The position numbers and the translations under genes were made by a program. The notes under the pieces were generated by a model that worked only from the letters and a program-made list of their open reading frames with translations, was not told the DNA's origin and did no database searches. From the NCBI GenBank assembly GCA_013265495.1, contig MU058384.1, forward strand, positions 1,241,690 to 1,305,689: DNA of 64,000 nucleotides, read 5' to 3'. This stretch comes from Vicugna vicugna (taxonomy: Eukaryota). Numbering within the stretch: position 1 is the stretch's first letter; the number at the start of each line of letters is the position of its first letter. This document shows, piece by piece, positions 37,280-50,420 of the stretch.

Positions 37280-37780
37280 TGTTCTAGTTACTTATAGCTA
37301 TGTAACAGACCATCCAGATACTTAGTGATCTAAAACAACAATCATAATTTCTTTTGCTTGCAAATTCAAAATTTAGAAAGGATTTGGCAGGAACAGACTG
37401 AGTTAACTGGGATGGCTCAACTGGGCCTGGATGATGCACTTCCAAGATGGCTTACTCACAGGGCCAGTAAGTTAGCGCTCAGCTGAGGCTACTGACCAGG
37501 CGTCTCAGTGTCTTTCCACGAGGCCTCTCCATCGCGTTGCTTCTTCCTCATTGCATAGAAGCTGAGTTTCTTTCTCTCTCAGAGAAGGAGGAAGCTACCA
37601 ATCTCTTGAGTCCTAGGCCCTGAAATTGGCTAACAATCACCTCTGTTATATTCTTCAAGTCAAAGTTTTCACAGAGCCTCCTGGATTCAGGGGAGTTGGG
37701 CGGGGTGGGCAAAGGGAGAGGAGGGCTGGAGGGGGACAGACTCTACCTTTTATAGGTGACAACCATCTGTGGCCACTGTT
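37280..37780 (-). mobile_element. Old MaLR LTR (MLT1G/H-like)
   Basis: gctatgtaacagacc...cttagtgatctaaaacaac...cacttccaagatggcttactcaca...ggcctctcca...ggaagctacc...ggattcagggg. Confidence 0.78.
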
Positions 37781-37869
37781 AACAAACTAGGCTTAATTTA
37801 ATAATTTTCAGTTATATTAAGTTATTTCTAGGCTTTTGTGATTAGTTACTGTTTAAAAACACTCAGAGT

Positions 37870-39615
37870 CAGATCTTCCACTGATGATAAAGAGGTCAGT
37901 AAATCCTCTCTCAAAAAAAGAAAACCGTAAAACTAGACAAAATTGTCAAAAACAATCATCAACCAAGAGCAAAAACCAAATTAAATGTTTATTTATGAAA
38001 ATCTGCTGACCACTGGTTAAGAAGAATGGAAATTTGCAGTGTTCCTGTCTGAGGTTGCTCCCATCCCTTCCCATGGCTGAGATGGTGGGATACCAAGGCA
38101 GACGCGACCATGAAAATCAGCAACTTTACTGCTGATGGGGGCTGACTCATTTTTGAGAAGAAGGCAAAAACTATCTTCCCAGCTGCACTGCTGGGAAAAA
38201 TGGGAAACTAGGTAGAAAATGAACAGGGAAAAGCACACAGAGCAGCAACAATGAAACAGAAACAGAAAAATCAATAAAGTAGATGAAATAAATAGCTGGC
38301 TCTCTAAAAAGATCACAACATTGAGAAATCTTTAGCTGGACTGGCCACAAAAGAGAGAGAGAGAACAAAAATCACCAAAATCAGGTATGAAGGAAGGGAC
38401 ATTGCTACCAACCTTATAGAAATTAAAATATAAGATAATATTATGAATAACTCAGTATCAATAGATTAAGCAAATGTACGTATTTAAGGAAAATGTTCTA
38501 GAAAAACATAAATTCTCAAAACTGACTAAAGAAGAAACAGGTAATCTAACTAGATCTATAACAAGTTAAAAAATCAAACTAGTAATTAAAACCTTCCCCA
38601 CAGAGAAAAGCCCAGGCCCAGTTTCAATGATGACGTCTATCAAATATTTTAAGAAGAAATAACATCAATTCTATACAAACACTTTCCAAAAATATAAAGA
38701 GGGAACACTTCTCAACTCACTCTATGAGACAGAAATATCCTGATACCAAAGCCAGAAAAATACATCACAAGAAAACAGCAGAGCAATATCCCTTATGAAC
38801 ATAGATGCAGAACCACCCATAAGAAAACATGAGCAAACTGAATCTAGCAACATATTACAGGATGGCTAGATTCATATAAAGTTAGTCAATGCCGTAAGTC
38901 ATTTTAGAAATGCAAATTAAAACCACAGGAGATACTACCACACATCTACTAAAATAGCTATAATAAAAATAACTGTTGGTGTCAAGTGATGGCCAAGGTA
39001 TGAAAAATCTAGAAGTCTCATACATTGCTGGTAGAAAACAGTTTAGCAATTTCTGAATAAATTAAACATAAATATATCATTTCAATCAGCAATTCTATTT
39101 CTAGGTATCTACCCAAGAGAAATGAAAACATATGTCCATGTAAATACTTGTACATGAATATTCATAGCAAAATTACTCATAATAGCAAAAAACTGAAAAC
39201 AATCCAAATGTCCATCATCTGGTGAATGGATAAAGAAAACATGGTATATCTATACAATAAGTACTCTTCAGTAATAAAAATGAATTAATTACTAGAAAAT
39301 CTATAATACGAATTATGTCTAAAAATTATGCTAATTGAAATAATCCAGACATAAAAGACTATTTATTTATCATTCAGTTTATATGAAATTCCCCCCAAAT
39401 CCCAAGTGAATCTATAGATACAGAAAGCAGGTTAGTGGTTGTCTGGGGATTCACTGTAAACAGGTAGGAAATTTAAGATAAAGAAAATTTTCTTGAAATA
39501 GATTGTAGTGGGTCTCACAGCTTTATAAACTTAATAAATAAATGCCACTGAATTGTACACTTATAATGGGTGCGTTTCCTGGCATGTAAATTACACTTCA
39601 ATAAAGTTGTCTTAA
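37870..39615 (+). mobile_element. Ancient L1M element, internally deleted (5'-end-like part, mid-ORF2 part, 3' end)
   Basis: ORF2-like 38250-38860 (aaagcccaggccca, gagggaacacttctcaactcactctatgag, caatatcccttatgaacatagatgca). 3' part 38905-39615 (gaaatgcaaattaaaaccac, atctacccaagagaaatgaaaacatatgtcca, gaattgtacactt...tcaataaagttg). Confidence 0.85.
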
Positions 39616-39849
39616 ATAAAGCAAGTTGATTTAGTATTTTCTTTCTCCCCAAACCTATCATTTCCTTCTAGGTTGCATTCTTCTACCTCAATAAGCATAT
39701 CAACACTTTGGAGGTGGTGTGGATGACAAATATATATTCTGCATATGTACTCCAGTCCTACACTAGGACCTGTTGAAATGTATCCACGTTCCAGTAAGAT
39801 CACTGTCAGCCACCGTGCGTGTTCTCATCTGTTGAAATGCCTGCTGACC

Positions 39850-40007
39850 CACAGTGCTTCAGTCACATAGTTGATACTGCTAACTTGGGGGGGCATCTTT
39901 TAGTCTATAATTCTCTTACAGATTTTTTCCTGATGAGAATTCCTCAACAAATCATATGCATGCAGATTCTTGCTTAGACTCTGCTTCTAGGGAACCTGAA
40001 CTCTTAG
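39850..40007 (+). mobile_element. ERVL-type LTR 3' remnant (LTR16/LTR33-like)
   Basis: cttagactctgcttctagggaacctgaact resembles the LTR16-family 3' end. Confidence 0.4.
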
Positions 40008-41189
40008 CCCTGACATCCCAAGCGTCATTTCCTATCTACAGACTCTAATCTGCTGTTGGCTAGAGTGCATCTGTAACTTTCCTTCACACAGAGCTCCAGC
40101 TTGGACATGGCTCCCTCAATTATCTACTTTACTGTTATTATGCCATGTTGGTGTGGAATAATTTTCTGTGATGCCTGCTATCTTCCCAAGCTTTACTCAA
40201 GGAATGGAACAAAGGTTCACTCTATTCTCAATTCCCAGAAAGCCATGAGTGGAAATGTGGGGGAGTGGTGCGTTCTAATCTAAATACAGACACTTTATCT
40301 GTAATCCTTGATGATCCTCCAAAAATCTCCTTGCCTTGGTCTGAAGAACCAAGTTTTCTTCTCAAATCCTTCTCTTTAAAAGCCAAGCGTATATAACATC
40401 TTGTTTGTTAGTTTGGATCCTTTCTCTCTGTTGGGAGTAATAAGCCTGAACTAACAGAAGGAGAGATAGTCTGTGACAACAAAGAGAAGTATGGGATTTC
40501 AAAAACACCTTGATTCATATTAAAATATCACCTTACCCTATATACTGCGATAACATTCATATATATAGTGTATATAATTCAAAGATATGTGAATGCATTA
40601 CAATTAATGTTTTTAGTTTTATCCCAGCCTCCATGTAGTCTAATCATTATGATTTAGTGATATATTGGGAGCCTTTCCACAATGCTTAATGATTCTTCAA
40701 GTAGATATATTATATATTTACTGGTTGTCCACTTACTAAGTTGACAGTATTCTGAATGGTATTATGTTTTACTACCTAACAGAATGAAGTTCAACGAACT
40801 GTCATTATCATTCTCTTTCTTTTAGTACTCTAAAGTACTGATGAGACAACCATACAGAATAATTTATTGAGATAAGATAATGTAATGAAACTGCAGAAGT
40901 TTTAAAAGCAGATGAAAAGTTGAGTCCCAATCCTGTCTCTTCAGCTTTTGCCAATGGAAAAAAAGGCTTCTACTTTGACTCCTTAAAGTGTCAAGTATTA
41001 GTGTAAATGAGGATGGTTTGTTTGGAAAATTAAATGTGATAAATATATAGGGAAGCCCAATTTAAAAATAAAGCCCAGTATAAAACATAAAATATTAAAC
41101 ATTAACATATATTAATGTAATGGAGTGACTCTGTAACGATGCACTGAGTCCATGAATGGGGAAAATGAGGGCCAAATTTCCAGGCTGAG

Positions 41190-41310
41190 AGGGTGTGTGT
41201 ATATATATACCTATATATATATATGTATATACACACACACACACACACACACATAGGGAGAGAGAGATCTCCTATTGGTTCTATTTCTCTGGAGAACCTT
41301 GATAAACACA
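41190..41310 (+). mobile_element. MLT2 LTR 3' end with embedded (TA)n/(CA)n microsatellite
   Basis: tctcctattggttctatttctctggagaaccttgataaacaca follows the dinucleotide tract, as in MLT2 LTRs. Confidence 0.75.
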
Positions 41311-41364
41311 GTAATACAGATGATGAAGAGTACAGGTGTTAACAGTTACACAGCATGTGTACAG

Positions 41365-41640
41365 AGGCCACGTGGCATAATAGAGTGTAATGATGGACCT
41401 GGATTCTGCCTCTGTCCTTTCCCAATTGCTGAGAATGTTCTTTGTTAACACGTGATCCTGGCAGTAACACTTAGGAAGAATGGAAGAAAGAAGTTACCTG
41501 AGGCCCGTGGACACACCAAGGACACATCATAGCTTCAATTTCCTTATAGGCAAAACAGAAGCAGGGCTGGGGGAACTGGAGGTAATGTGTGTGAAGGGCC
41601 TAGCACATATTAGGTACTAAATGAATCGTGCTTCTAATTA
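41365..41640 (+). mobile_element. MIR SINE (degenerate)
   Basis: gacctggattctgcctctg...gcttcaatttccttat...ggtaatgtgtgtgaagggcctagcacatattaggtactaaatga. Confidence 0.55.
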
Positions 41641-42129
41641 GCTCAATATGCATAAAAGGAAACATAAATAAATGCCAGCCAAAATAAATGAAATGAGATA
41701 CTCTGAAAACAAAATGGTGATTTTAACAGACAGTTTTCAGGTTTCATATATCATCTGTAGGCATAATCATTTTTGTACTTTTATTGTTATTACTAAACTT
41801 TAATTTTTCTTGTGGTAAGAGGGATGGCAAAGGATGAGGATGAAGGAAGATGTGGCTTTTCGAAATAATGGATATCTCTGGTGCATGTGACAGAGTCCTG
41901 CCAAGCTATGTGAGATATTCCTAAAATAATAACCTGCCTTCCCACTACTGTGGAAATAGAAATATTTATTGTCATTACCACCACTGTTATCATTATCTCT
42001 ATTTTCGGAATCCCCTGCCAGACCCATTAATTCCTAAGGGGCTTTAGTAGTTTGAGATTCATGTCTGCACAGCTCTACCTAGAAAAGTCAAGAGCACTCT
42101 CACCTTAGTTCCTGTATAAACTGAACTCA

Positions 42130-42670
42130 CAGCCTTTCACCACATGGAAACCACCTACCTGGTTGTCCTCTCCTACTCAGCTGTGAAATAGGTCACTTGG
42201 TTTCCCAAGTTCAAAACCTCAGATTCATAATTTCCTCATCCATCTCTCTCTACCCCTTTATCTCAGATACAGTCAATACCCTAGATTCTTATCTATCACA
42301 CCTGCTCAAAGTCTTCTAAATCCCTTCTCTCTACTCCCTGCCAGCTGTGACTATCTCATTTCAAGTCCAGAATAAAGGGACAATTTTAATAGTCTTTCCA
42401 CTGTCAACACTTGAGGATGTGTCAGGTTAATGACTCTTGTCCCAAACTTGTCCCAAAGGTAATTAGTCAATCCCTCCATGCCCCCCTTTAACTTTGAATT
42501 TTTCTTTATTTCAACATTTATTTCATTCCTTGTAAAATATTTATCCTGGGCACTACTCTCTATACTCTAAAAGGTAACCATCAAGTCTTATTCCTCGGTG
42601 GGTCTGCTCAAACTCCTAAAAAGCTATTGTATAAGCCATAACAAAATCTGTTATAAATAGTAACTAAAGA
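42130..42670 (+). mobile_element. L2 fragment(s)
   Basis: Pyrimidine-rich L2-type text (cccaagttcaaaacctcag...ccttctctctactccc...ctcatttcaagtcc). Confidence 0.5.
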
Positions 42671-43000
42671 GTTTTGCCTTGTACAAAAGAAACAGATGTG
42701 AGAGAAACACAATGAAACAAATGTGCCACTAATCAAAGGTCTGGGATTGAAGGCAGTCTTCAAAGACAACCCCAAAGGATAAGCAGAGAAGGTACTTCAG
42801 TGTATACTAGAGGTCTCCTAATCTGAAAAACAATAAAGATGCTTTTTTCCTTATACACATCACAAAACAGCAATTATTATAAAAATTATGAAATATTCTA
42901 TCTCTAGAGACCCCTTTAAAAGCCACACTTTAGCAAAAGAGGAGAAGGGGAGAAATTATCTTCTCACCTTACAATCAGTTTCAGACGTTTGGAGGGAAAC

Positions 43001-43480
43001 CGGAGCAGACGCTGTGGGCACCCTGCCCATGTGCGCCAGCCCTCACATGCTTTAGTGCACACTGGCTGGACCCGCAGTACCAGCACCTGCAGTCCTTTGC
43101 CTGAAGGCTTTCTCGAGTCAGCAAAGCTTGCTTTGCCCACCTGTTCAGCATTCTGGATATGCTTGGGTATTAACTCCCCCTGGGAGTAGCCTTCAACCAG
43201 TTAATGAAAGGAATTGGTGTATAAATACCCTAGCAACCTTATCCCTCGGGTAGAATAACCCTCACATATATGCTCTGTACCAACTTTCAGGGTTTCCCCA
43301 GCAGGATTAAGCTCTGGTAGACCACAGTTGTGGGAGCCTTAATAATGTGCACTTTATTGATCAGTTTGTCTTATTTTTATTCTTCATTTTCCTACAACTG
43401 TTTTCTTCTCTTCCCAGGTAAATTACTTATACATTCATCTGTATCTCAAGATCTGTTTCTGAGATACACCAACCAAGACT
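43001..43480 (+). mobile_element. ERVL solo LTR, LTR16C-like
   Basis: gcagacgctgtgggcaccctgcccat...ccagcacctgcagtcctttgcctgaaggctttctc...cttcaacca...tggtgtataaataccc...ccccagcaggattaagctc...aaccaagac. Confidence 0.85.
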
Positions 43481-43944
43481 CTAACCATCCCTTCCCCCAA
43501 AAAAAAAAAAAAAAAAAAAGAACTGACGGATAAATCTGAAATAGTGAAAACTAGGATAAATTCATCTCTGAATTCAATTCAGCAACTAATTATTGAGCAA
43601 CTCCTGTGCCAGGAACTGTGCAAAGATGCATAGCACTTAAACTTTGATCTGAAAGAGATCGCTAATTTCAACAGTAGACAATTACAGAATTTTTTTTTGA
43701 AGTGTAATAATCAGTACATCCAGAAATAGCTATTAAGCCAAGAACAGAAAGTATCCAAACCCTGTCAGTGTGGAACTGTGAAGTAATGAAAGACTTGCCA
43801 AAAGAAGAAAGACTTCATCTGCCTAGTTATTCCAGGCAGAAGTAGAAAGGGGATGATCAGATAAAGGGAACAAATGCACAGAACAGCTCGGTACAGTCTG
43901 CCTCATTACAAAGATGTTGGGAAGACATCGAGAGGCTGGATGAT

Positions 43945-44190
43945 ATTCTGAGTCAGAGCATGACCACGGAAACCAGACTGTATGGGTTCAAATCCTAGCT
44001 TTTCTAGTTATTGTCTGTGTGACCTGGGCAAACCAATTAATCTCACCGTGCTTCAATTCATTCATCTATAAATTAAGATGCCTATCTCTTACTTTTTTGT
44101 CATTTAGAAATTGTAATATAGGTAAAAGGTTTAGAACAGTAACTGGCACAATTAAAGTGCTGAATAAATGATAATTTTGATTTACTATCA
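43945..44190 (+). mobile_element. MIR SINE
   Basis: ccagactgtatgggttcaaatcctagc...ctgtgtgacctgggcaa...catctataaa...ttagaacagtaactggcaca...gtgctgaataaatg. Confidence 0.88.
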
Positions 44191-44302
44191 TGGCTAGTTA
44201 ACTTATAGGGAAAGTAATAGGAGAAAAAGCTGGTAAGGTGAACAGGAGACAAATCATGCAGGGTCCTGTATCCCAGGCTAAGGAACTTTTCATCTTTGAG
44301 GT

Positions 44303-44523
44303 CAAGAGGCAGCTAACTATGTATGACCCACTGGCCAAATCCAACCTACCGCCTGCTTCTGTAAGTAAAGTTGTATTGGAATACAGCTACACTCGTTGAT
44401 TTGTATACTGTCTGTGACTATTTCATGCTACAATGGCACAGTCGCGCTGTTGTGACATACCATATGGCCCACAAAGTCAACAATATTTACTATCTGACCT
44501 TTTACAGGAAAAAAAAAACCCAG
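44303..44523 (+). mobile_element. MER58A hAT-Charlie DNA transposon
   Basis: ggccaaatccaacctaccgcctgcttctgtaagtaaagttgtattggaatacagc...atggcccacaaagtc...atatttactatctgaccttttacag; homologous to 11637-11864. Confidence 0.88.
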
Positions 44524-44719
44524 CTATATTTGGAAAGAAATAATATGCAGAGTAAAGGATGAGCTGTATGGAGTAAAAATCTGTAGGCAGAGTCAGATGG
44601 TCATTCCACAGGTCAAAGTTGAAGCTGATGACTTTAATAAACCAGATTTCATAGATTCAGAAGAGGAAGGGTTCAGTATATAGATGAAGGAGTGAAAGAA
44701 GAATATACTGGGAGTTGAT

Positions 44720-45077
44720 AAAGAATCCAATTAAACTTGCAGGCTACAGGGCACATTTAGACTATAGATAAGTTATTTATTCCAAAGCATTCTTATATTT
44801 TAAATTTGTTGTCAATATTTAAAGAAGAAAGATATCACTAATAAAACCTGAATATCTGGTTTCTTTGGAAAAATTGGAAGATATGGCAAATGTTTGCTCA
44901 TAGGTGTGAACTGGAAGAACCTTCTGTAGCTGGAAGGCAGCTGCCGTATTTACATGAGGCATTTACTTCCAACATGTCACCTCTTCCACTATTTCCTATT
45001 GTATTACAACTGAGTCAGCTTCATTCATGTCATCAACATAGTCTGAGTCCTCTAGATTCAAGAGTGCTACATCCTGC
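44720..45077 (+). mobile_element. MER102-like hAT-Charlie DNA transposon
   Basis: ttgttgtcaatatttaaa...ctggtttctttggaaaaattggaagatatggcaa...gcagctgcc...ccactatttcctattgtattaca...gcttcattcat. Confidence 0.7.
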
Positions 45078-47032
45078 TGCTTATGGGTGCAAGGGCATGG
45101 AGTATGGGAGAAGAACCGGTTTTCTCTCAAAACACATACAGAAACTGTGGCCTTGAGGAAAAGCCACGTTTTGCAAAGAACAAGTGAGGAGAGAGAACCA
45201 AACCAAGAAGCTGAGGTGTGAGTCAATTTGTTTATGAAAGAACAGAAGTTTACAATGGCAGAGGAGAAACATGTTTCAGAGCAATTGCATGGAGTGTCAA
45301 GGGGGAGAAGGCTCATAACAGGATAAAGATAACTGAATAAACAAGGATTGGTAACCAGAAATGTTGCATTTTGGTTGATGCATGAGATTACTAAGATGAG
45401 AGTAACAGAAAGAACTGATTAGCTTCAGAGTCCTCACTCTTTCTGTAAAGTTGCTGTGGTGTTAGAGCCAGCTGTGGGTAGGTTACAGTTAGCATTGTCA
45501 CAGATGCTGCCTGCAAATCTGTCCAAGTTAATTAGAACTATCCTTAGACTAAACAGAGTCACAATGAGGTCTCTGTCAGGTAAGCCCTAGAAAAAAATGC
45601 TGAATTGGTCCAGTTAAACAATGTCTGTGGTTGCTTTGAAGTCTAAGATCGCATATTTCTAACATCTTCAGAAATGAAGGGGGAAAAAGTCATCAAAAAC
45701 TACAAGTGCCTTAAAAGGAAGCTGTCATCTCAAGATTTTTCCCTTTTCTGCCTCTTAAAGAATAGATAACTCCTTTTGTTTACTGAGCACATTGATGAGG
45801 TTTGTATATGGAAAAGCACTGCCCCAAGTACCTGCAGATGTTGGTCTTCTCACCCTGCATCCTGGGTCTTCATCTGCCACCTTCTATTTTTCTCTTTATT
45901 TTGCTTTGATTTTCTGTCTTTTTAATCTCAGGAGTCACTTATCTATTAGAAAACAAAATTGGGACCATAGTGAATGGGGAGATGTTATTAAAACTCTCAA
46001 TATCTACCCTTTCAATATCTATTATTACCTTTTCCACTGTAACAGAGAGAAACACTTCCTAGGTCTCACATAATGGAATATTTACTCCAATCCTTCAGTG
46101 TCCATCCCAGAAAATCCTATAAAGATGTATTTTTATTCCATTAGTTGTTAGTCACAGCCACAGTGGAATGCCACCTCCCAGTCACATCCATCCAGACACT
46201 GCAATAGAGGAATCAACCTTGACCAGGATGAAAAAGCCAAGGCTTTGAACTACTTAACAGGGAAAAGTCTTACCCTACATGCTTGAGATGAAAAGACATT
46301 TTAATGTCTGTATTCTTGGCTGAAGATGATTTTTTATTCCAAATGAAATATTTTACATTTCAGAAATATGAAATTGCATAAGGTGTTGATGTAGATACCA
46401 AGAGTGATAAAGTCTGGTAAATAAATTCTGGTAAATAAGTTTCTTCTCCCAGAAATTATCAATGGGGCAGGAAATAGAGAAAAGGCAGTATCCAAAGAAA
46501 TGGTTATAAATACATAAGAAAATTATAACAATAGTATCCCTTATTCAGTTAAGAGAAAGTTTATAAAATATTGCATAAAGTGCTATTTCCCTTTTAGACT
46601 AAGATTCACTCTGGTCTGTGTCCTGAGGGGAAAGTCTACTTGGAAATACATAAGTAAGAACTGTGGAGGACTCTTGAGGAGTTAGTGCATACAGCTCTCT
46701 TCAGTGTTTCATAAAGCTGATTTCCCACAAAGTTTTTAAGAAAGGAGGAAGGAAAAGATGAGACAGGAAATACAACTCCCTAATGACTCCTCTCTTGACC
46801 CACAAATACAAGGAAAGGATGAGAGAGCACAAAGTTAAACCATCATAGCTCAAACTTCTGCTAGAATTAGAAGTTCTCTACTTAATGGAAAAAAGGAAAG
46901 CTGTCAGTTTATATTTAGACCTCTTAAATCCTAAAGAGAATAAGAATACAGAGTTTAGGGTTTATTTTTTTCTTCTTTTTTCCCCTTTTCTTTTTTTTAA
47001 TGATGACTTAGATTCATGATCTTTTAAAGTAA

Positions 47033-47096
47033 TATATATATATATATATATATGTGTGTATATATATATATATATACACACATAATATATATATGT
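47033..47096. repeat. (TA)n microsatellite
   Basis: Directly visible. Confidence 0.92.
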
Positions 47097-48269
47097 CTCT
47101 CCTCATCCTTTTCTAGACATAGAAAAAATGCTCCACTGGTAAAGACTTGATGCAATTCTTCCTTTCTTTATGATACAAAATTTGATTTCTATTCAGCGTG
47201 AGTCGAATTAAAAACTATTCATGTGCCACAATCCTCTTGAATAGGAAAAACTGAAGAGATCAAAACAACCATTTATTTTCTCCACTAGGCACAGAGGTCA
47301 AGATCCAATGGTGTGTCACAATCTGTTGTGAGCTCTGTTGCAAGTAATTTGTTACTATTAATAGTTCAAAGTTTGCAAATGATTTACTTTTGTCTGTAAG
47401 TTACAGGGAAGTCAAGGTTATCCTGAAATGTCACTCTCACTCAGCTGCCTTCTGAAATCCTCTCTGAGAAAAGGAGAGGCTTTATAATCAGGTTGCAGGT
47501 AAGCGAATGTGACCCACTGTTTGTTTTCGGAGGTAAAAAGGTTAAAACCACTTTATTAGAGGGCAGACAGCAAAACACCCCATAGATACTGAAAACAAGG
47601 TGCCTTCTGAAAGTTAAACTAGAAAATCAATGCAAGATGGATGTGATCAGACATGTAAAGTCATTCTTAAGAACAGGGTGTGTGGTGCCATGCACTGAGA
47701 GAAACTCCAGGCACCTCTCATGAGGATGAGTGTCTCAGGCCCTCGTCCAGTAAATATTTGAATGGCTCAAGTCTTTCGTCTGAATCATGTGCTCAGAAAG
47801 TGCACTTCTAAGTCTTTTTTTTTTATGTTTTTTTCCCCTTTCTTCAAAGAGTGTAAGTATGTAAGACTTTTGAAATTTATAATTCTATCATAAATTAATA
47901 CATCAGCATTCTGGTTTTATGACCAAATGAAAAGTATTGACACTCTGGTTTGTTCCAGATCCATTGCTAGGCACTAAATTAGCACAGATACTTTAGAAAG
48001 AGTCTTCTTTTCAATGAAACTTCCCATGAGAAATTAATGTGAGCTTGTTCCTAAAAGGTTAATATACTCCCTCGATGTGCTCAGAAAATCATGTTTATGA
48101 GCCTACAAAATTGAGGAATAGACTGGATTGTGGTGAATCCATTAAAATAAATAGCATCTAATGAAGCCTCATGAGGACCAAACAACTGATCTCAACTGAA
48201 AAAAATCCCACATCACATTTCTCTTTGTGTTTATATAAAGTTTTAGTCATCATGGAACGCCACCGTCAC

Positions 48270-48470
48270 TGAGCTAAAACTCTGACGATCAGAGTCCACT
48301 GTTTATTAGCTTTAATGGTTGTAAATAAGTTACCATCTTTGAGACTCAGTTTTCTTACGTATGAAATGAGACTAATCATTCTTCCTGTTACTCCACACGT
48401 ATGTTGTGAGGATAGAACACAGGGGCAGAAGCAGGGGACCAAACTGTGTTCTAACACAGAGTTATAACCA
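48270..48470 (+). mobile_element. MIR SINE
   Basis: aagttaccatctttgagactcagttttctt...tatgaaatgagactaat...gttgtgaggat. Confidence 0.7.
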
Positions 48471-48474
48471 ATAG

Positions 48475-48650
48475 CCACTATGTGCCAGGTAGCATGTTAG
48501 ACAGTTTCCCCATGTTCTCTTTTTTAACCTTCACAGCAACCCTCATTTTAGGCATTATTTCCTTCAAAGTCGACTTTCTCTAGGTCACATCACATAGTGG
48601 CAGAACTAGAATTTGAAAACCTGTCTGTCTGCAGGTGTATGTCTCCATCA
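48475..48650 (-). mobile_element. MIR SINE
   Basis: actatgtgccagg...ttaaccttcacagcaaccct...aggtcacat...agtggcagaactagaatttgaa. Confidence 0.75.
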
Positions 48651-48659
48651 CTTCACCCT

Positions 48660-49070
48660 GCCTGTATCATTGGAAGCTGTTCTATTGTTTCCCTCCCAAG
48701 TAAATGATTTGAGAGTAAAACTGTCCCCTACCTCATTTACTCTGCTCTTTGCTCATAACAATTTTTCTACTTGGAAGGTTATTTTTTCCCCCTATAACTA
48801 ATTCTTACCCATTCTTCAAGCTGATTATATTTCTCTAGGCAACACTGATTTTTCCTCCCTATAAAATCTGATATATGTATACTACTTCATTGTCTCATAC
48901 AGTTAACATGCTGTATTTTTAGTTATCATTTCACATGTCTTGTTTCCTCAGCTAGACTGAAATTTCCTTTGGGTAAAAGAATGTTTCAGTACTCCTCTAG
49001 GACCATGTCATTGTAGCACCATGCCATCAAAAACACAGGTTTTCAAATATGTTTTCTATTGATATATTTA
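48660..49070 (+). mobile_element. L2 3' fragment
   Basis: acatgtcttgtttcctcagctagactgaaatttcctttggg. Confidence 0.5.
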
Positions 49071-49129
49071 AAAATATTATAAGACAAAGACCAAAAAGAT
49101 GATCACTAAAATAGGTAGTCTAATCTACC

Positions 49130-50420
49130 TATTTAAATTTCTAAGAGAAATTTAAATGTTTATCCCACCTACGTTACAGGAAAAGATATTCATTTTTACA
49201 ATATTTCTCTTATATTCAAAAATATTATAATGTGATGAAAGTAAAAAGTATTTTATTGCTTGGATATAACCATTGCTATTATTTTGTGTGTGTATATCTC
49301 CCTGTTTTTTCTATACATGGCTATATTTATAAACTTTGAATTAAAGGAAACTTGAATGTCAAGGAATTTTATTTTGTCATACTATTTTTAACTTACATAT
49401 AATATAGAGAACATATTCCATATTATTATACAGTTTCTCATTCATTTTAATATGTATATTATTTTTTCATGTTTATTAATTTGCTTTATGTTTCAACATT
49501 TCTGTCAACTCATTAATTGAGCTCTTTCCTCACTTCTCCATTTTTCTCACCACAGCAACCATTACCAGATTATTATATAATAATTCAAAGTTAGTCAGAT
49601 ATATGTAGAAGCTAACTATAGAAATCTGTGTATCCATCTTTTAAAAAACAGTGATGGAATCATACCATATATACTGTTTCTTACCTTGCCTTTTCATTCA
49701 ATAATATATTTTAGAGACTGTTCCATATCAATACATGCAGATTTGTTCTCATTCCTTTTAATGGCCGCATAGTAGTCCATTGTATGGATTTATCATAATT
49801 TATATAATCAATCCCCTATCTAATTAATTTCTTACCCATATGAATTGCTATACATACATACTTTCTATATTCCAATGATCCATCATATTGTCTTTTCTAA
49901 CAAGCCTCAATCCCTGTTCTCCCTAGAGGCTTTGCTTCTGGGTTCTTCCATTCTTGAGTTTCTTCCATCTGAACTGATTACTCTCTGTGCCACAAGTAAA
50001 GCTACCACCCTGGCACTACTGCTCACCTCTCTCCTGGAGTCCATTCTTCCCTAAATACTATAATTTCCTCTTCCTTAGTTAACTCCCTCATTTTGCTCTT
50101 AGCACATTCTCCAGTATCTACCTAAGTAAGTGCATCTGGATCATTAGATGTCTGAGCTGTTTATTTGACTTTATATTATTTTGGTTGAATGCAGAATTCC
50201 ATATAGAAAATATCTTTGATCCAACTCTTAAAGGTATTGCTTCCTTGACTTCTAGCACCCAGAGCAGTTATTAGGAAAGCCAGGGCCCTTCAGAACCTTG
50301 TACATTGACCTTTTTGCCCCCATGGTTAAGTCTGAATATATTTTACTGTTTTCTAGTTTTCAGAATTGTTTTGCAGTCATTTTTGATGACATTCCATATT
50401 CTATTTTCTTTGATCGAGTT
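49130..50420 (-). mobile_element. Ancient antisense L1ME 3'UTR plus HAL1/ORF1-type remnants
   Basis: tggaatcataccatatatactgtt...ttccatatcaatacat...tagtagtccattgtatggat (L1ME 3'UTR type). 50090-50290 (agcacattctccagta...cagaattc...ggtattgcttcc...cttctagc) resembles antisense HAL1. Confidence 0.65.

Larger units (their letters stand above)
43570..44720 (-). mobile_element. L2 fragment hosting a nested MIR and MER58A
   Basis: attcagcaactaattattgagcaactcctgtgccagg...ttccaggcaga...aaatcatgcagggtcctgta...ctaaggaactttt; decayed continuation after 44525. Confidence 0.65.

Noticed and set aside
46413..46438. 12-bp direct repeat TCTGGTAAATAA x2 containing forkhead-like GTAAATA
   Set aside because: Short AT-rich micro-duplication, and the motif is too common to support a regulatory call.
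47407..47498. Exon-like segment ending CAG/GTAAGC
   Set aside because: Weak acceptor, 92 nt, stops in all frames. It could only be non-coding and has no further support.
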